A stretch of 64,000 nucleotides of DNA from Fibrobacterales bacterium (GTDB taxonomy: Bacteria > Fibrobacterota > Fibrobacteria > Fibrobacterales > JAOPTW01): NCBI GenBank assembly GCA_051532035.1, contig JAOPTW010000006.1:183960-247959 (forward strand), given 5' to 3'. This document shows, piece after piece, positions 60,114 to 64,000 of the stretch. The notes beneath the pieces are model-generated. The model ran no database searches and was not told the origin of the DNA. It saw only the letters and a list, made by a program, of their open reading frames with translations. Position 1 is the stretch's first letter. Every line of letters starts with the position of its first letter. A program made the translations under genes and the position numbers.

Positions 60114-61914
60114 GATGTTTCAAAATTTCACCAGATTTTGTTTTCCCTAACAACTCTTCTAATTCCTCTCTTGGGGCCTCTAAGAACTCTTTTTTAGTAG
60201 TGTACACTTTATACACTTTCCCCTTAGTTTTAACCCCTACACCCTCAATGCCATCAAGCCAGGTCCGTTGTAGAGAAGCGGTACGTTTACTTCTTTGAAA
60301 GGTGATGGCAAATCTGTGCGTTTCATCGCGTATCCACTGCAGAAGTTTAAGCGCTGGTGACACATGGTCTATAAGTGTAGGCTCTGATTCTCCAGGAAAA
60401 AACACCTCCTCTAAACGTTTTGCTAGACCAATAATAGGTATCGACTCTAAGTTATATTCAACGAGAGTAGCATAAGCAGAACTCAATTGTCCTTTCCCAC
60501 CATCGATAACTATAAGATTTGGTTTCGGTAAATCACCTTCATATATTCGTTTTACGGTTCTACCAACCACTTCGTTCATTGAGGCAAAATCATCTATTCC
60601 TTTCACAGTTTTTACATTGAACTTTTTATATGAACTGTTATCAGGTCTTCCATTCTTAAAGTCTACCATACTTGCAACCGTATTAGTTCCTCCTAAATGA
60701 GAAATATCAAAACCAATTATATGAATGGGTAGAGAGTTAAGTGAAAGCTCTTTTTGCAAGAGGCCAACAGAGTTTTCAATGCTACGTTCCTTTTCATTTC
60801 GTGCAATTAGCTCTATAAAAAGCATTCGAGCATTTTTTTGCGCAAGAGACAATACCTTTTTCTTATCACCTCGTTGAGGAGTAAGTACTTGTACTTTAGT
60901 CCCTTTGATCTTTGTTAAATAATCATCTAATACCTGGTTGTCTTCAATAATTTCAGATATAAATATCTCTTTTGGAATCATTTCTGCTGAGTGATAATAA
61001 CTCAGTATAAATTCGCTCAGAAGTTCATCATATTCTTGTTTTAACTTACAATCAAGGTCGAAATTTTTTCGTTCAGCAAGTAAACCCTCACGATATTCCA
61101 TGACAACTACAGTAGCATAGTCACTTTCGTGTTCAATTGCTATAACATCAAAGTTTGCACTGGTGTCACTAATTTCTACAAGTTGTTTTCTAGTTAGAGA
61201 TTCAAGTGCTTTTATATTATCACGATAATGAGCAGCTTGTTCAAAGTCTTTACTTTCTGCAGCTTGTTTCATTTTAATTTTGAGATCCCGAGCTACTGTT
61301 TTCTTCTTGCCTTCAAGTAACAATAGTATCTCTGTAATAGATTCATTATACTGTTCTTCCGTACAAAGTCCTGCACAAGGTGCCAGACATTTTTTTATAT
61401 GAAAACTTAAACAAGGCCGTATCGGTTCTTTGACCGGTATCTCAAAAGTACAATTTCGAAGCTGAAATATCTTAGGAATCATATCTAGAACACGCCTCAT
61501 TGAGGCAACATCTGAATAAGGTCCAAAATATCTGTCTTTATCCTTATAAGTTTTCCGAACAACCTTTAGTCGAGGAAACGGGTCACTAGTAGTTACACAT
61601 ATATAAGGATAATGCTTGTCATCTTTAAGCCGAACGTTATACTTAGGAATTTTTTTTTGAATAAGATTTGCTTCAAGAATGAGAGCTTCTAAATCACTAT
61701 CTGTTACTATCCATTCTATTGACTCTATTTTGTCTTGGATTAACGTTGCTGCACGGTGTGAAAGATTAGACATATTATCTCGAAAATAGCTTTGTACTCT
61801 ATTTTTTAGATTTTTTGCCTTCCCAATATAGATAATCTCATCATTACCATTTTTCATCAAGTATACACCTGGTGAACGTGGAAGTTCTTTCAATCGTTCT
61901 TTAATAACAGTCAT
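60097..61914 (-). CDS. uvrC: Excinuclease ABC subunit C
   Basis: PGVY...IIYIGKAKNL..RV.SYF, CL..HI..C.APC, UVR domain, FDISH, IDGGKGQL, RDE.HRFA. Confidence 0.96.
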   Translation of the reverse strand: MTVIKERLKELPRSPGVYLMKNGNDEIIYIGKAKNLKNRVQSYFRDNMSNLSHRAATLIQDKIESIEWIVTDSDLEALILEANLIQKKIPKYNVRLKDDKHYPYICVTTSDPFPRLKVVRKTYKDKDRYFGPYSDVASMRRVLDMIPKIFQLRNCTFEIPVKEPIRPCLSFHIKKCLAPCAGLCTEEQYNESITEILLLLEGKKKTVARDLKIKMKQAAESKDFEQAAHYRDNIKALESLTRKQLVEISDTSANFDVIAIEHESDYATVVVMEYREGLLAERKNFDLDCKLKQEYDELLSEFILSYYHSAEMIPKEIFISEIIEDNQVLDDYLTKIKGTKVQVLTPQRGDKKKVLSLAQKNARMLFIELIARNEKERSIENSVGLLQKELSLNSLPIHIIGFDISHLGGTNTVASMVDFKNGRPDNSSYKKFNVKTVKGIDDFASMNEVVGRTVKRIYEGDLPKPNLIVIDGGKGQLSSAYATLVEYNLESIPIIGLAKRLEEVFFPGESEPTLIDHVSPALKLLQWIRDETHRFAITFQRSKRTASLQRTWLDGIEGVGVKTKGKVYKVYTTKKEFLEAPREELEELLGKTKSGEILKHLKGES

Positions 61915-62001
61915 TTTGTAAATATACCATATATTCGATAAGCAAACTAATAAGACGCAAAACTTTATCTTAACATAACATACTATTACAAAAGAAAAAA
62001 G

Positions 62002-62026
62002 AAAAAAACCCATCAAACGATGGGCT
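62002..62026 (-). terminator. Terminator of the alpha operon
   Basis: CCCATC-N4-GATGGG with long T tract on the minus strand, after rplQ. Confidence 0.8.
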
Positions 62027-62051
62027 ATACAATTCTATCAAAAAAGTATTA

Positions 62052-62528
62052 CTACTCAGCAGCTGCTTCAATTGAAGCTTCTACTTTTGGCTCTTCTTTT
62101 TTTGGAGTAGCTTTCTTAGCTGTTTTTTTTGTTTTAGTCACTACTTCATCTTCTACAAGAGTGATGATAGCCATCTCCGCATTGTCACCCTTTCTATTTG
62201 CAGAAAGTTTAAGTATGCGAGTATAACCACCTTGTCTATCAGCGTAGCGAGGACCAACTTTTTCAAAAAGGTCTTGTAAAACTGCAGGTTCTTGTATGAA
62301 TTTTGCAGCTTGTCTACGTGATGTAAGATCACCTTTTTTTGCATATGTAACGAGTCTATCAACTAGTCCACGTACTGCTTTTGCTTTAATAACAGTAGTT
62401 TTTACTTGACGATCCATTTGATCCTCAGCAATTCCTTGTTTAATAATAGAAGTTGCGAGGTTTTTTAACATTGCTTTTCTATGTGAAGCAGTTCTGTTAA
62501 GTTTAAATTTCTTTACACCGTGTCTCAT
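62052..62528 (-). CDS. rplQ: 50S ribosomal protein L17
   Basis: MRH....KL.R..SHR.AML.NLA, TT..KAK, R.GGYTRI.K, R.GD.A. Confidence 0.97.
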   Translation of the reverse strand: MRHGVKKFKLNRTASHRKAMLKNLATSIIKQGIAEDQMDRQVKTTVIKAKAVRGLVDRLVTYAKKGDLTSRRQAAKFIQEPAVLQDLFEKVGPRYADRQGGYTRILKLSANRKGDNAEMAIITLVEDEVVTKTKKTAKKATPKKEEPKVEASIEAAAE

Positions 62529-62540
62529 TGTAACATTACC

Positions 62541-63521
62541 TTAATCTAACAAGTCTTTGTAGTCATTTAAATCCATACCGAACGATAGTCCCATGCTAGA
62601 GAGAACTTCGTTAAGCTCAACCAGTGACTTACGTCCAAAGTTTTTATACTTTAGCATGTCAGCTTCGGGGTTGATAACAAGGTCGGCTATGGTGTGAATG
62701 TTTGCCATTCTCAAGCAGTTGCTTGAACGTACTGACAATTCAAGTTCGTCAACACGCATTTTGAGTATATTTGCAATTCTTTGTTTTTCTTCATCGTGAA
62801 TGATCTCTTCAGCAGCTTCAAGATCACCTTCGAAATTAATAAATAGCTCTAAGTGGTCAACAATTAACTTTGAAGAGTATGCTAATGCATCTTCTGGATG
62901 TATCGATCCATCTGTCCAGATTTCCATCTCAAGTTTATTGAAGTCTGTTCTCTGACCCACACGAGTATCTTCAACCTTGTATGCAACTTTTTCTACAGGA
63001 GAAAAGTTAGCATCAAGTGTGATAACACCGATAGGATCATTTTCACCTTTCAACTCATCAGAGATAACATAACCACGTCCATCAGCAATAGTAAGATCCA
63101 TGCTTAAAGATGCGTTACCGCTAAGTGTTGCAATATGAAGATCAGGGTTCATAATCTGAACGTTTGGATTTTCTTCAATATTAACTGCAGTTACTTCACC
63201 TTCACCAGATACATCAAGACGAAGTGTCTCGACATTATCAGAGAGAAGTTTAATGCGAAGTGCCTTGAGGTTAAGAAGAATTTCAGCAACATCTTCTTTA
63301 ACACCTTCGATAGTACTGTATTCATGTACAGCACTATCAAACTTTACTTTTGTTACTGCAGCACCCTGAAGTGAAGACAATAACACTCTGCGAAGAGCAT
63401 TTCCGATAGTTACACCCCAGCCACGTTCCATCGTGTCCATAGTGAACTTACAGTATTTTCCATCCTCAGAGTTAATAACTCTCTGAATATTTCTTGGTAA
63501 TTGGAGAGATTTCCACTTCAT
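62541..63521 (-). CDS. rpoA: RNA polymerase alpha subunit
   Basis: ERG.G.T.GNALRRVLLSS, HEYSTI.GV.ED, RVGQRTD, LELSVRS.NCL, NFGRKSL.E. Confidence 0.98.
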   Translation of the reverse strand: MKWKSLQLPRNIQRVINSEDGKYCKFTMDTMERGWGVTIGNALRRVLLSSLQGAAVTKVKFDSAVHEYSTIEGVKEDVAEILLNLKALRIKLLSDNVETLRLDVSGEGEVTAVNIEENPNVQIMNPDLHIATLSGNASLSMDLTIADGRGYVISDELKGENDPIGVITLDANFSPVEKVAYKVEDTRVGQRTDFNKLEMEIWTDGSIHPEDALAYSSKLIVDHLELFINFEGDLEAAEEIIHDEEKQRIANILKMRVDELELSVRSSNCLRMANIHTIADLVINPEADMLKYKNFGRKSLVELNEVLSSMGLSFGMDLNDYKDLLD

Positions 63522-63559
63522 TAGTAAATACCCTTAACGTTTATGTAGTCGTCTTTTAA

Positions 63560-64000
63560 TTATACTCTACGTTTTTTCTTTGGTCTACAACCATTGTGTG
63601 GTACACCAGTCAAGTCTCTAATATTAAGTACGTCAAGACCTGCATTTTGGATCGCACGGATAGCTGATTCTCTTCCAGCACCTACACCACGAACTTTCAC
63701 TTCTACTTTTCTCATACCGAGATCAAAAGCTGTTTTAGCGGCTTCTTCCCCTGCAAGTTGCGCAGCAAAAGGTGTGCTTTTTCTAGAACCTTTAAAGCCA
63801 ACCTTACCACCTGCACTCCATGATACTACGTTTCCGCGAATATCAGTAATGCACACAATAGTGTTGTTAAAGGTAGCACGAACAGTAGCAAGACCTTGTA
63901 CGTCTGCTCTCTTCTTACCTTTTTTTACTTTAATCTTATCTTCAACTGGAGCAGCAGTTTCTTCAACTTCTACTGCTGCTACTGCTTCTACGTTATCTGC
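63560..64000 (-). CDS. rpsK: 30S ribosomal protein S11 (start codon lies beyond the window edge)
   Basis: Frame open to 64000: [30 protein letters not shown]...[36 protein letters not shown]. Confidence 0.97.
   Translation of the reverse strand, partial: ADNVEAVAAVEVEETAAPVEDKIKVKKGKKRADVQGLATVRATFNNTIVCITDIRGNVVSWSAGGKVGFKGSRKSTPFAAQLAGEEAAKTAFDLGMRKVEVKVRGVGAGRESAIRAIQNAGLDVLNIRDLTGVPHNGCRPKKKRRV

Overview
64 kb of AT-rich bacterial chromosome from a diderm, probably flagellated organism. The acidic N-terminal extension of S11 and an insertion in L17 recall Fibrobacterota; this is from memory and unverified. Most of the window is housekeeping: pyrF, galE, asnS, hemA, a TPP-riboswitch thi operon, tRNA-Arg(CCG), flgM, rpe, lysA, an expanded MoxR/vWA (Bat) operon, recR-engB-mlaEFD, uvrC and the end of the alpha ribosomal operon. 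A cobalamin riboswitch precedes a TonB-dependent receptor at the left edge. No CRISPR array, transposase or prophage was seen. The most notable items are: (1) a duplicated cassette of small periplasmic-binding-like protein plus outer-membrane barrel, followed by a HAMP histidine kinase and preceded by a sigma28-like promoter, a candidate trans-envelope sensing system; (2) three ~90-110 bp palindromic elements with divergent sequence but identical internal spacing and covarying stems, each overlapping a stop codon; (3) a plant/protist-type UDP-sugar pyrophosphorylase; (4) a hybrid kinase with Gln in place of the phospho-His; (5) an unannotated 48-aa ORF, an orphan sRNA candidate and a 10-bp phased TGAC array. 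All calls come from reading motifs by eye; no searches were run.
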